Positions 12,861 through 23,064 of a stretch of DNA of 64,000 nt are shown here, piece by piece (position 1 is the stretch's first letter; every line of letters begins with the position of its first letter). Position numbers and translations under genes: made by a program. Source of the stretch: Pristiophorus japonicus. Lineage: Eukaryota. The stretch is taken from contig NC_091984.1 in the NCBI RefSeq assembly GCF_044704955.1, positions 147,436,001 through 147,500,000 on the forward strand, written 5' to 3'. The notes under the pieces were generated by a model, which saw nothing but the letters and a program-made list of their open reading frames with translations, did not search any database and had not been told where the DNA came from.

Positions 12861-13280
12861 ATTGGAGAACCAATAGGAAGGAGCCATGTTTCCTGGTCCC
12901 TATTGGAGGACCAATAGGAAAGAGCCATGTTTCTTGGTCCCTATTTGGGGATCAACAGGAAGGGGCCATGTTTCCTGGTTCCTATTGGGGGACCAATAGG
13001 AAGGAGCCATGTTTACTTGTCCCGATTGGGGGACCAATAGGAAGGTATCATGTTTCATGCGACCTATTCGAGGACCAATAGGAAGGAGCCATGTTTCCTG
13101 GGCCCTATTCGAGGACCAATAGGAAGGAACCATGGTTCCTGGTCCCTATTGGGGGACCAATAGGAAGGAACGATGTTTCCTGGTCCCTATTGGGGGACGA
13201 ATAGGAAGGAGCCATGTTTCCTGGCCCCTATTGGAGGACCTATAGGAAGGTGCTATGTTTTGTGGGCCCTATTGGAGAAC
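12859..13280. repeat. 41-bp minisatellite (~10 units); each unit contains the palindrome CCTATTGG-N4-CCAATAGG
   Basis: Unit ctattgggggaccaataggaaggagccatgtttcctggtcc repeats with period 41 (starts 12900, 12941, 12982...). Confidence 0.9.
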
Positions 13281-13429
13281 CAGTGGGATGTGGAGTGTGC
13301 ATCCGTCATGTTGTAAATGTTGGATCATCGGCACCTGATCCCAGCAAAAATATCCTGACCTGGAGAGGGGCCATGGAAGGGGAAAGGATTTGTAGGTGTT
13401 GTGAGCGGAAAGGATGGAGCAGTGGGTCA

Positions 13430-15121
13430 TAGAAACATAGAAACATAGAAAATAGGTGCAGGAGCAGGCCATTCAGCCCTTCTAGCCTGCACCGCCATTC
13501 AATGAGTTCATGGCTGAACATGAAACTTCAGTACCCCCTTCCTGCTTTCTCGCCATAACCCTTGATCCCCCGAGTAGTAAGGACTTCATCTAACTCTCTT
13601 TTGAATATATTTAGTGAATTGGCCTCAACTACTTTCTGTGGTAGAGAATTCCACAGGTTCACCACTCTCTGGGTGAAGAAGTTTCTCCTCATCTCGGTCC
13701 TAAATGGCTTACCCCTTATCCTCAGACTGTGACCCCTGGTTCTGGACTTCCCCAACATTGGGAACATTCTTTCTGCATCTAACCTGTCTAAACCAATCAG
13801 AATTTTAAACGTTTCTATGAGGTCCCCTCTCATTCTTCTGAACTCCAGTGAATACAAGCCCAGTTGATCCAATCTTTCTTGATAGGTCAGTCCCGCCATC
13901 CCGGGAATCAGTCTGGTGAACCTTCGCTGCACTCCCTCAATAGCAAGAATGTCCTTCCTCAAGTTAGGAGACCAAAACTGTACACAATACTCCAGCTGTG
14001 GCCTCACCAAGGCCCTGTACAACTGTAGCAACACCTCCCTGCCCCTGTATTCAAATCCCCTCGCTATGAAGGCCAACATGCCATTTGCTTTCTTAACCGC
14101 CTGCTGTACCTGCATGCTAACCTTCAATGACTGATGTACCATGACACCCAGGTCTCGTTGCACCTTCCCTTTTCCTAATCTGTCACCATTCAGATAATAG
14201 TCTGTCTCTCTGTTTTTACCACCAAAGTGGATAACCTCACATTTATCCACATTATACTTCATCTGCCATGAATTTGCCCACTCACCTAACCTATCCAAGT
14301 CACTCTGCAGCCTAATAGCATCCTCCTCGCAGCTCACACTGCCACCCAACTTAGTATCATCCGCAAATTTGGAGATACTGCATTTAATCCCCTCGTCTAA
14401 ATCATTAATGTACAATGTAAACAGCTGGGGCCCCAGCACAGAACCTTGCGGCACTCCACTAGTCACTGCCTGCCATTCTGAAAAGTACCCGTTTATTCCT
14501 ACTCTTTGCTTCCTGTCTGACAACCAGTTCTCAATCCACGTCAGCACACTACCCCCAATCCCATGTGCTTTAACTTTGCACATTAATTTCTTGTGTGGGA
14601 CCTTGTCGAAAGCCTTCTGAAAGTCCAAATATACCACATCAACTGGTTCTCCTTTGTCCACTTTACTGGAAACATCCTCAAAAAATTCCAGAAGATTTGT
14701 CAAGCATGATTTCCCTTTCACAAATCCATGCTGACTTGGACCTATCATGTCACCATTTTCCAGATGCACTGCTATGACATCCTTAATAATTGATTCCATC
14801 ATTTTACCCACTACTGAGGTCAGGCTGACCGGTCTATAATTCCCTGTTTTCTCTCTCCCTCCTTTTTTAAAAAGTGGGGTTACATTGGCTACCCTCCACT
14901 CCATAGGAACTGATCCAGAGTCAATGGAATGTTGGAAAATGACTGTCAATGCATCCGCTATTTCCAAGGCCACCTCCTTAAGTACTCTAGGATGCAGTCC
15001 ATCAGGCCCTGGGGATTTATCGGCCTTCAATCCCATCAATTTCCCCAACACAATTTCCCGACTAATAAAGATTTCCCTCAGTTCCCCCTCCTTACTAGAC
15101 CCTCTGACCCCTTTTATATCC
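13430..15121 (-). mobile_element. Young 5'-truncated CR1 LINE with an uninterrupted 507-aa ORF2 C-terminal half
   Basis: ORF 13528-15051; (CATAGAAA)n tail at ~13428-13451; GGTCA duplicated at 13425-13429 and 15122-15126; empty site in the paralog at ~54245-54258. Confidence 0.97.
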
Positions 15122-15504
15122 GGTCAGATCCTGTCCTGTCGCTCCAGCTCACACTGATGGGGTGAGGATCTCCACCCTCTGCTGGGCCTTCATGAAACCA
15201 GCTTTCTGTCCAAACCGGTCCCCACTAAGAAAAGGCCCTTAATTTGGCAATAAACAGCCAGTGTACTGAGAGAGGCCAAGGGATGGCCACTGTGGGGAAT
15301 GGGGCCTTACTCCAGGAGAATGCATGCTCTGGGGTCAAGGGTTAAAATCCATCGGTGGGGCAGGGCACAGGGAGGTTTATTCTGCATTTCAGTATGCTGC
15401 ACCGGGGAGTCTGTGGGGAAGGGAGAGTGGAAACGGGGAGAGAGAGGCTATGAATCAGAGACAGAGAGGTGTAGAGGAAAGCTGTGAGACATAGAGCAAT
15501 GAAG

Positions 15505-15507
<3 letters not shown>

Positions 15508-15541
<34 letters not shown>
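15508..15541. repeat. (GA)n microsatellite
   Basis: gagagagaga run. Confidence 0.95.
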
Positions 15542-15544
<3 letters not shown>

Positions 15545-15569
15545 ACCGGGAAGGAGATGGAGGGAGAGA

Positions 15570-15672
15570 AGAAGAGGAAGTGAAATGTGCTGACGTGGCT
15601 TTCTCTGGGTGAAGACATTTACATACTGAGGGATGGGCAATGAGGCTCTCACAGGCTGCAGGTTTATAAAGC
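15570..15672 (+). promoter_or_regulatory. Ig kappa V promoter: PU.1/IRF composite, CRE-like site, octamer variant, TATA
   Basis: GAGGAAGTGAAA 15574-15585, TGACGTGG 15591-15598, ATTTACAT 15617-15624 (octamer ATTTGCAT with one mismatch, ~105 bp before the ATG), TATAAA 15665-15670. Confidence 0.75.
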
Positions 15673-15729
15673 AGAGCCCAGTGAAGGGTAGTTTATCAGT
15701 AAGCAGGCACAGGGACAGGAGCAGACACC

Positions 15730-15778
15730 ATGATTTCACCCATCCAGCTGATCTGGCCTCTAGCATTCTGCGTCGCAG
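15730..15778 (+). CDS. IGKV: Ig kappa light chain leader exon (MISPIQLIWPLAFCVA/G)
   Basis: Kozak ACCATG, hydrophobic signal peptide, phase-1 GT donor at 15779 that joins the acceptor at 15964 in frame. Confidence 0.93.
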
Positions 15779-15964
15779 GTACCAATCTCTCTCCTTCCAC
15801 GTTTAATATCTCCCTGCTGTCGATTTCTGTCCAACTCTACTGACCAATGATTGAAGGGCAAATGCTGACACTAGAGGAGAGCTCAGTGTCTCGAGCAATC
15901 TCTCATTTTACAGCGTCTTTCTGTGACGTGCTCACTTCACTTTCTTTCCCCATTTCCCCCTCAG

Positions 15965-16266
15965 GTATCAGTGGGGACATCATCATGACCCAGTCTCCCC
16001 CGGTGCTGTCAGTGAGTGAGGGACAGACTGCAACCATCACCTGTACCGCCAGTGCATCTGTTAGCAGCAGTTATGTTCATTGGTATCAGCAGAAAGCCGG
16101 GCAGAAACCCACTCTGCTGATCTATTATGCAACAACTCATTTCACTGGAACCTCCGATCGCTTCACCGGCAGTTACCAGTCCAACACGTTCACCCTGAGC
16201 ATCAGCAACGTGCAGAGCGAGGATGTCGCAGTCTATTACTGTGGGCAAGGGTATAGCTACCCTCTA
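15965..16266 (+). CDS. IGKV: Ig kappa (type III, NS4-like) V exon, germline, unrearranged
   Basis: Polypyrimidine-CAG acceptor; [17 protein letters not shown]...TATITC...WYQQK...LLIY...EDVAVYYC; both Cys and the Trp are intact; resembles shark NS4 kappa V. Confidence 0.96.
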
Positions 16267-16294
16267 CACTGTGATACATAGCTGTACAAAAACC
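16267..16294 (+). other. V recombination signal sequence, 12-bp spacer
   Basis: CACTGTG (16267-16273) + 12 nt + ACAAAAACC (16286-16294); 12-RSS on V is the kappa configuration. Confidence 0.95.
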
Positions 16295-16649
16295 TCAATA
16301 TACACAGCCCCACCTCCTGTACTGACTCACCCCACAATTATATATAATTTATAATAATGGACACACAGCCCCACCTCCTGTACGGTTTTACACATGACTG
16401 ACACACAGATCGATGGGAGTGACGGCAGGAATATTCAGCTGGAAGCTGCAGTGAATTGGGAAAGGATGGAGTGGGTCAGAGAGGAGTTGGTGCTGTGTCT
16501 TCATCACTGAGAATCTCACAGCTCTACTCTGTACATTCAGACAGCACGGAGACACTGGGTGTTCCCTGTGTCCTCAATCCAAATCATCTCACAAACCCCC
16601 CACTATTGAAAGGGCCACAACTTATAAAACCCAAAGCAGAAACATGAAA

Positions 16650-17400
16650 GGAAAGTGAACAAGTGAAATGTTCGTGCTCTTTCCCTGCCCACCCCACACT
16701 CGAGGCCCTGCGGTGCCCACCCGTCGCAGAAGGCCTCAGGCCTACCCTGGGCTCCGTCCCCAGGTCCACCCGGGTGTGGACAAAGCCCCCGAAGGGAGAC
16801 AGGCAGGCAGTGCGGCCACCCCATGGGCCCCGTCCAACTGGGACCTGTGGATGGTCACCTCCGACCTGCCCACTCCACCCGCAGCGGGTGACCCGACCCA
16901 GGAGCAGGCGCACGGGGAGGCCCTCCAACCTGCCCGCTCCCCCGGCACTGGGTGGCCAGGCCCAGGAGCAGGCCCACGGGGAGGCCCTCCAACCTGCCCA
17001 CTCCCCCCGCACCGGGTGACCAGGCCCAGGACCGTGGGACTGAAGTGGAGCCAGAAATCGAGGAGCAGCCCCTTCAAATAGTGGCAGAGGGGCTGCATCC
17101 TCTCACACTCCACGTACACACGGGTCACGGACTGAGGAAACAGGTTTCTAAAGCCCCTGAAACTCGTTATTTTATAATGATCCCCGAGGAAGGCCTGTGT
17201 CAGCAACACAAACATCTCGCTTGCAGACGGAGCCCGTTGTTCAAGGGGCACAAAGAGGTGAGCCCTGTGTGACGGGGACTTTCATTCTCCAGCAATTCCG
17301 TGGCCCCAGGGTTACCGTCTGATGGGGCGGGAAGGGCAGCTGGGAGATTTGTCCCAAACACGTTGGATCTCCCAACTCTCCCGGGCACTACCACAGGCAA
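16650..17400 (-). mobile_element. Tx1/L1-like LINE 3' fragment inside the V-J interval, with an internal ~63-bp tandem duplication
   Basis: ORF 16742-17251 (ECERMQPLCHYLKGLLLDFWLHFSP) is homologous to the element at 24430-25083. Confidence 0.75.
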
Positions 17401-17409
17401 CTCGGACAC

Positions 17410-17588
17410 AAAGAGAGGGAGGGAGAGTGAGAGAAAGAGAGTGAGAGGGAAGGAAAGAGAGACTGAGGGAGAGAGAGGGAGTGAGTGAGGGGAAGATGCA
17501 GAGAGAGAGTGAAGGAGAAAGGGTGAGAGAGAGAGAGAAACCGAGAGAGCAACAGATAGAGTGAGACACTGAGAAAGAGACAGAGGGA

Positions 17589-17623
<35 letters not shown>

Positions 17624-17640
17624 AGAGGGGGAGAGAGACT
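17410..17640. repeat. (GA)-rich and (CA)n microsatellites upstream of the J RSS
   Basis: Purine-rich tract plus (CA)n at ~17590-17620. Confidence 0.9.
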
Positions 17641-17658
17641 GAGTGAGCCAGGGACGGA

Positions 17659-17697
17659 GTATATTGTACAGCCACTGCACTGGAAGCTGTCACTGTG
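17659..17697 (+). other. J recombination signal sequence, 23-bp spacer, divergent nonamer
   Basis: GTATATTGT (17659-17667) + 23 nt + CACTGTG (17691-17697). Confidence 0.85.
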
Positions 17698-17732
17698 GCT
17701 CACGTTCGGTAAAGGAACCAAGCTCAGACTGA
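17698..17732 (+). CDS. IGKJ: Ig kappa J segment (LTFGKGTKLRL)
   Basis: FGxGT motif; phase-1 donor A|GTAAGT at 17733. Confidence 0.95.
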
Positions 17733-17849
17733 GTAAGTAAACCCCAATGCTCCATTATTAAATCTTTAAATACTGAATCTTTCTAAGACACAAATGCTGA
17801 ATATGCGAAGGTGTTTGTTTACATATGATTACATTTGATCCTCCCATCT

Positions 17850-18255
17850 TTCCTCATCTAAATCTATCAGCATAACCCTCTATTCCCTTCTCCTTCATAT
17901 CCCTGTCTAGCCTCCCCTAAAATACATTGATACTATTCACTTCAATCACTCTCTCTGGTAGCCAGTTCCACATTCTCACCACTTGCTGGGTAAAGAATTT
18001 TCTCCTGAATTCCCGATTGGATTTCTTGCTGACTATCTTATATTGATGGCCTCTAGTTCTGCTCTTCCCCACAAGTGGAAACAGTCTCTCTCTATCCACT
18101 CTATCAAAACCTTTCCGAATGTTAAAGACCTCGATCAGGTCACCCCTCAGCCTCAAGAGAAAAGAGCCCCAGCCTGTTCATCCTTTCCTGATATGTACAC
18201 TCTCGCATTTCTGGTCTCATCCTTGTAAACCTTCTCTGCACCCTCTCCAGTGCCT
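17850..18255 (-). mobile_element. CR1 3' fragment
   Basis: RLRGDLIEVF...RTRGH motif in ORFs 17917-18156 and 18140-18355. Confidence 0.85.
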
Positions 18256-18814
18256 GTGTATGGGTTATATAATATGGTGGGGAGCTGCGGTGAATGAAAG
18301 GGTTAATTGAAGAGTGCTGTGTATGACAGGGAGCCCGGCTGTATTCCTTTACCACACTCCCCCTTCACCCAGCAAAGTATAAGTAATGAACTGTTACCCA
18401 CCGTGTGGAGGAGATCTGGACGTTGGCACACTGCAGTCCCGTCCCTGCACCATCCCCGGAAATCGCTCCCGAGCCTCCTGCCTGTCTCAGTGTGACAGAC
18501 ACGGTGTGTGAGACACGGTCAGAGTGTGGGTGTGAGTGAGTGAGCTCGCTGGGGGCAGTCTGTGCTCCTGTCACAGTCTCTGATATAACTGAGCTCAGCC
18601 TCAGCACACTGACACTCCCGAGGTCCCGCCTCCCCCAGCTCCAAATCTGATCTGTCCAGCCCCCGCTCACCTCCTGTCCAACTTCTGATCACAAACAGGG
18701 GCAGCAGGGCTCGCAATCCGGCGGCTGCAGTGCTCCAGGGTTGTGGGGAGACTCTCAGTTGCTGTTTCTGTGGCTCGAGTTCAGGCCGATATTTATCCCT
18801 CAATCTACATCACT

Positions 18815-20750
18815 TAAACATAGAAAAGAGGAGCAGTAGTAGGCCATTCGGCCCTTCGAGTCTGCACCGACATTCAATATGATCATGTCTGTTCCCCTGT
18901 CTCAACATCATATTCCCGCTTTTTCCCTATACCCTTTGATGCCTTTTGTAAGCCAAGGGGTAAGCCATTTAGGACCGAGATGAGGAGAAACTTCTTCACC
19001 CAGAGAGTGGTGAACCTGTGGAGTTCTCTACCACAGAAAGTTGTTGAGGCCAATTCACTAAATATATTCAAAAAGGATTTAGATTAAGTCCTTACTACTA
19101 GGGGGATCAAGGGGTATGGCAAGAAAACAGGAATGGGGTACTGAAGTTGCATGTTCAGCCATGAACTCATTGAATGGTGGTGCAGGCTAGAAGGGCCGAA
19201 TGGCCTACTCCTGCATCTATTTTCTATGTTTCTAGAAATCCATCTATCTGCCTCTTAAATATATTCAGTGACTTGGCCTCCACAGCCTTCTGTGGTGGAG
19301 AATTCCACAGGTTCACCACCCTCTGAGTGAAAACATTTCTCCTCATCTCGGTCCTAAATTTCCTACCCCGTATCCTGAGAGTGTGACCACTTATTCTAAA
19401 CTTCCCAGCCCGGGAAAACATCCTCCCCAGATCCAGTCTATCCAACCCAGTCAGAATTTTATATGTTTCAATGAGATCCCCTCATTCTTCTGAACTCTAG
19501 TGACTGCAGGCCCAGTCGACCCAATCTCTCCTTATACGACAGTCCTGCCATCCCAGGAATCAGTCTGGTGAACCTTCGCTGCACTCCCTCTATGGCAAGG
19601 ATATCCTTTCTTAGGTAAGGAGACCAAAGCTGCACATAATATTCCAGGTGCGGTCTCACCAAGGCCCTGTAGTAAGACCTCGTTGCTCCTGTACTCAAAT
19701 CCTCTTGCAATGAAGGCCAACGTACCATTTGCTTTCCTAACTGCTTGCTGCACCTGTATGTTTGCTTTCACTGACTGGTGTACAAGAACACCCAGGTCCC
19801 TCTGTACATCTACACTTCACAAACCATCACCATTTAAATAATACTTTGTCCTTATGTTTTTCCTACCAAAGTGAGTAACTTCACACTTATCCACAATATG
19901 TTACATCTGTCATGTGTTTGCTCACTCACTCAACCTGTCTAAGTTTCATTGCATCCTCCTCACAACTCATAATCCAATCTAATTATGTGCTGTCAGAAAA
20001 CTTGGAAATATTACATTTGGTTCCCTAATTCAAATCATTTATTTATACATTGTGAATATCTGGGGCCCAAGCACTGATCCCTGTGGTACCCCACTCGTCA
20101 CTGCCCACCACCCTGAAACACACCCATTTATTCCGACTGTTTCCTGTCAGTTAACCAATTTTCAATCCATGTCAATACATTACCCACAATCCTATGTGCT
20201 TTAATTTTGCACACTAACCTCTTTTGTGGGATTTTTATCAAAAGCCTTCTGAAAATCCAAATACACTACATCCACTGGTTCTCCATTACCTATTCTATCA
20301 GTTAGATCCTCAAAAAACTCCAGTATGTTACTTTCATAAATCCACGTGACTGTCTTTAACCCCGTTGATGTTATCGAAGTGCACCGTTATCACATCCTTT
20401 ATAATAGACTCTAGCATTTTCCCTATTAATGACCGGTCTGTAGTTCCCCGTTTTCTCTCCCTCCTTTTTTAAATAGTGGGGTTACATTTGCCACCCTCCA
20501 ATCTGCAGGAACTGTTCCATAATCTATAGAATTTTGGAAGATGACAATCAATGCATCTACTATTTCCATGGCTACCTCTTTTAATACTCTGGGATGCAGA
20601 TCATCAGACCCTGGGGATTTATCAGCCTTCAGGCCCATTAGTTTCTCCAGCACTATTTTCTTACTAATAATCATTTCCTTTAATTCCTCTTGTTCACTGG
20701 ACCCATGGTTCCCCAGCATTTCTGGGAAGTTATTTGTATCCTCCTCCGTG
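18815..20750. mobile_element. Cluster of CR1 fragments (- 18815-18950, + 18955-19230, - 19230-20750)
   Basis: CR1 ORF2 motifs and tails. Confidence 0.85.
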
Positions 20751-21017
20751 AAGAGATTATTTACCTCAGTGCTGTGTGTGGGAGCTTGCTGTGCACAAAT
20801 TGGCTCCCGTGTTGGCCACATTACAACAGTGACGACACTTCAAAATGTACTTCATTGGCTGTGAAGCACTTTGGGACATCCTGAAGTGTGAAAGGTGCAA
20901 TATAAATGCAGGTCTTTCTTTAATTTCTCTTTTCTTTTTATTAACTGGGACTCGCACAATTCCCCTGCTGATTAAACCTGGACCCAGCAGAAAATCCCCA
21001 GAACACGGACTAACGTT

Positions 21018-22265
21018 CCATAAGAACATGGGAATTAGGAGCAGGAGGAGGCTATTTGGCCCCTCGAGCCTACTCCATCATTCAATGAGATCATGGCTGA
21101 TCTTCTACCTCAACTCCACTTTCCTGCACTGTCCCCATATCCATCGATCCCTTAATATCCAAAAATCTATCGATCTCCGGAATATAGAAACATAGAAACA
21201 TAGAAAATAGGTGCAGGAGTAGGCCATTCGGCCCTTCTAGCCTGCACCGCCATTCAATGAGTTCATGGCTGAACATTCAACTTCAGTACCCCATTCCTGC
21301 TTTCTCGCCATACCCGTTGATCCCCCTAGTAGTAAGGACTTCATCTAACTCCTTTTTGAATATATTTAGTGAATTGGCCTCAACAACTTTCTGTGGTAGA
21401 GAATTCCACAGGTTCACCACTCTCTGGGTGAAGAAGTTCCTCCGCATCTCGGTCCTAAATGGCTTACCCCTTATCCTTAGACTGTGACCTCTGGTTCTGG
21501 ACTTCCCCAACATTGGGAACATTCTTCCTGCATCTAACCTGTCTAACCCCGTCAGAATTTTAAATGTTTCTATGAGGTCCCCTCTCATTCTTCTGAACTC
21601 CAGTGAATACAAGCCCAGTTGATCCAGTCTTTCTTGATATGTCAGTCCCGCCATCCCGGGAATCAGTCTGGTGAACCTTCGCTGCACTCCCTCAATAGCA
21701 AGAATGTCCTTCCTCAGGTTAGGAGACCAAAACTGTACACAATACTCCAGGTGTGGCCTCACCAATGCCATGTACAACTGTAGCAACACCTCCCTGCCCC
21801 CGTACTCAAATCCCCTTGCTATGAAGGCCAACATGCCATTTGCTTTCTTAACCGCCTGCTGCACCTGCATGCCAACCTTCAATGACTGATGTACCATGAC
21901 ACCCAGGTCTCTTTGCACCTCCCCTTTTCCTAATCTGTCACCATTCAGATAATAGTCTGTCTCTCTGTTTTTACCACCAAAGTGGATATATTCAAGGACT
22001 GAGCCTCCACAGCCCTCTGGGGTAGAGAATTCCAGAGATTCACCACCCTCTGAATGAAGAGGTTTCTCCTCATCTCAGTCCTAAATGGCCGACCCCTTAT
22101 TCTGAGACTGTGACCCCTGGTTCTAGACTTCCCAGCCAGAGGAAACATCCTCCCTGCATCTACCCTGTCAAGCCCTGTCAGAATATTGTATGATTCAATG
22201 AGATCCCCTCTCATTCTTCTAAACACTAGAGAATATAAGCCTAATATACTCGATCTCTCCATAGG
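21018..22265 (-). mobile_element. Old CR1 3' fragment with a nested young CR1 (~21185-21988)
   Basis: ORF 21283-21918 is nearly identical to the 13.5 kb and 53 kb CR1 copies; the insert is absent in the paralog at ~33385. Confidence 0.9.
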
Positions 22266-22274
22266 ACAATTTCC

Positions 22275-22500
22275 CCATCCCAGATGTCCGTCTGATGTGT
22301 CTGCGTTTTTGTCACACGTGACGGAGCAGGAGTTCCACCAGCAACACCGGACGTTACCTCAGTGCCCGGCCCACTTTCCCCATCCACTTACCACATTCTT
22401 ACAGGTAAACGGGCTCAGCACCTGCCCTCAGCCGGTGAAATGTCTCCCCTCTACACCACGGGCTGCCCGTCATCTGCTCCCCATTTCACTCCTGTAGGCA
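22275..22500. promoter_or_regulatory. Candidate J-C intronic enhancer (E-box cluster)
   Basis: CAGATG 22281, GTCACACGTGAC 22311-22322, ACTTTCCC ~22373, ACCACA 22390, CACCTG 22419, CATCTG 22471 in non-transposon sequence; paralog at 33685-33900. Confidence 0.45.
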
Positions 22501-22526
22501 CTACCTCTGGCTGGGGCTCAGCTCCT

Positions 22527-22700
22527 CTCCCCAAGTGGGCTCATTGTCCCAGTGTGAGCCCAGAGACTGAGCTCCCCAAGTGGGCTCATTGTCCCAGTGT
22601 GAGTCCAGACACTGAGCTCCCCAAGTGGCCTCATTGTCCCAGTGTGAGCCCAGAGACTGAGCTCCCCAAGTGGGCTCATTGTCCCAGTGTGAGTCCAGAG
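22527..22700. repeat. 45-bp tandem repeat (~4 units)
   Basis: ccccaagtgggctcattgtcccagtgtgagcccagagactgagct repeated; ~2 units in the paralog at ~33940-34030. Confidence 0.9.
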
Positions 22701-22732
22701 AGTGAGCGTGTCAGGCTAATCGACCGTGAGGT

Positions 22733-23060
22733 GTCAGCCGTGGCTCAGTCGTTAGCATGCTCGGCTCTGAGAAAAGGAAGATTTGCATTTATATAGCGCC
22801 TTTCACGACCACCAGACATCCCAAAGTGCTTTACAGCCAATGAAGTACTTTTTGAAGTGTACTCACTGTTGTAATGTGGGAAACTCAGCAACCAATTTGT
22901 GCACAGCAAGCTCCCACAAACAGCAATGTGCTGATGACCAAATAACCTGTTTTTGTTTTGTTGATTGTGGGATAAATATTGGCCAGGACACCAGAGTTTG
23001 ATTTGAACCCACAATCTCTGACTCAGAAGCGAGGGTGGTTCCAACTGAGCCACTGGCTGA
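22733..23060. mobile_element. tRNA-derived / Deu-domain SINE fragments
   Basis: tcagccgtggctcag head; reverse-oriented tail gcatttatatagcgcctttcacgac. Confidence 0.65.
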
Positions 23061-23064
23061 TACC

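Noticed and set aside
12859-13280. CRISPR-like array of palindromic repeats
   Set aside because: Units are contiguous with no unique spacers, there are no cas genes, and the DNA is vertebrate; it is a minisatellite
15847-15964. N-terminal part of ORF 15847-16281 as coding
   Set aside because: This is the leader intron read through; the true start is the leader exon at 15730
16384-16422. Extra RSS or D segment in the V-J interval (GGTTTTACA)
   Set aside because: No heptamer at 12 or 23 bp spacing
17200-17721. Long low-complexity minus-strand ORFs (SLSL/CVCV)
   Set aside because: Artefacts of (GA)n/(CA)n microsatellites
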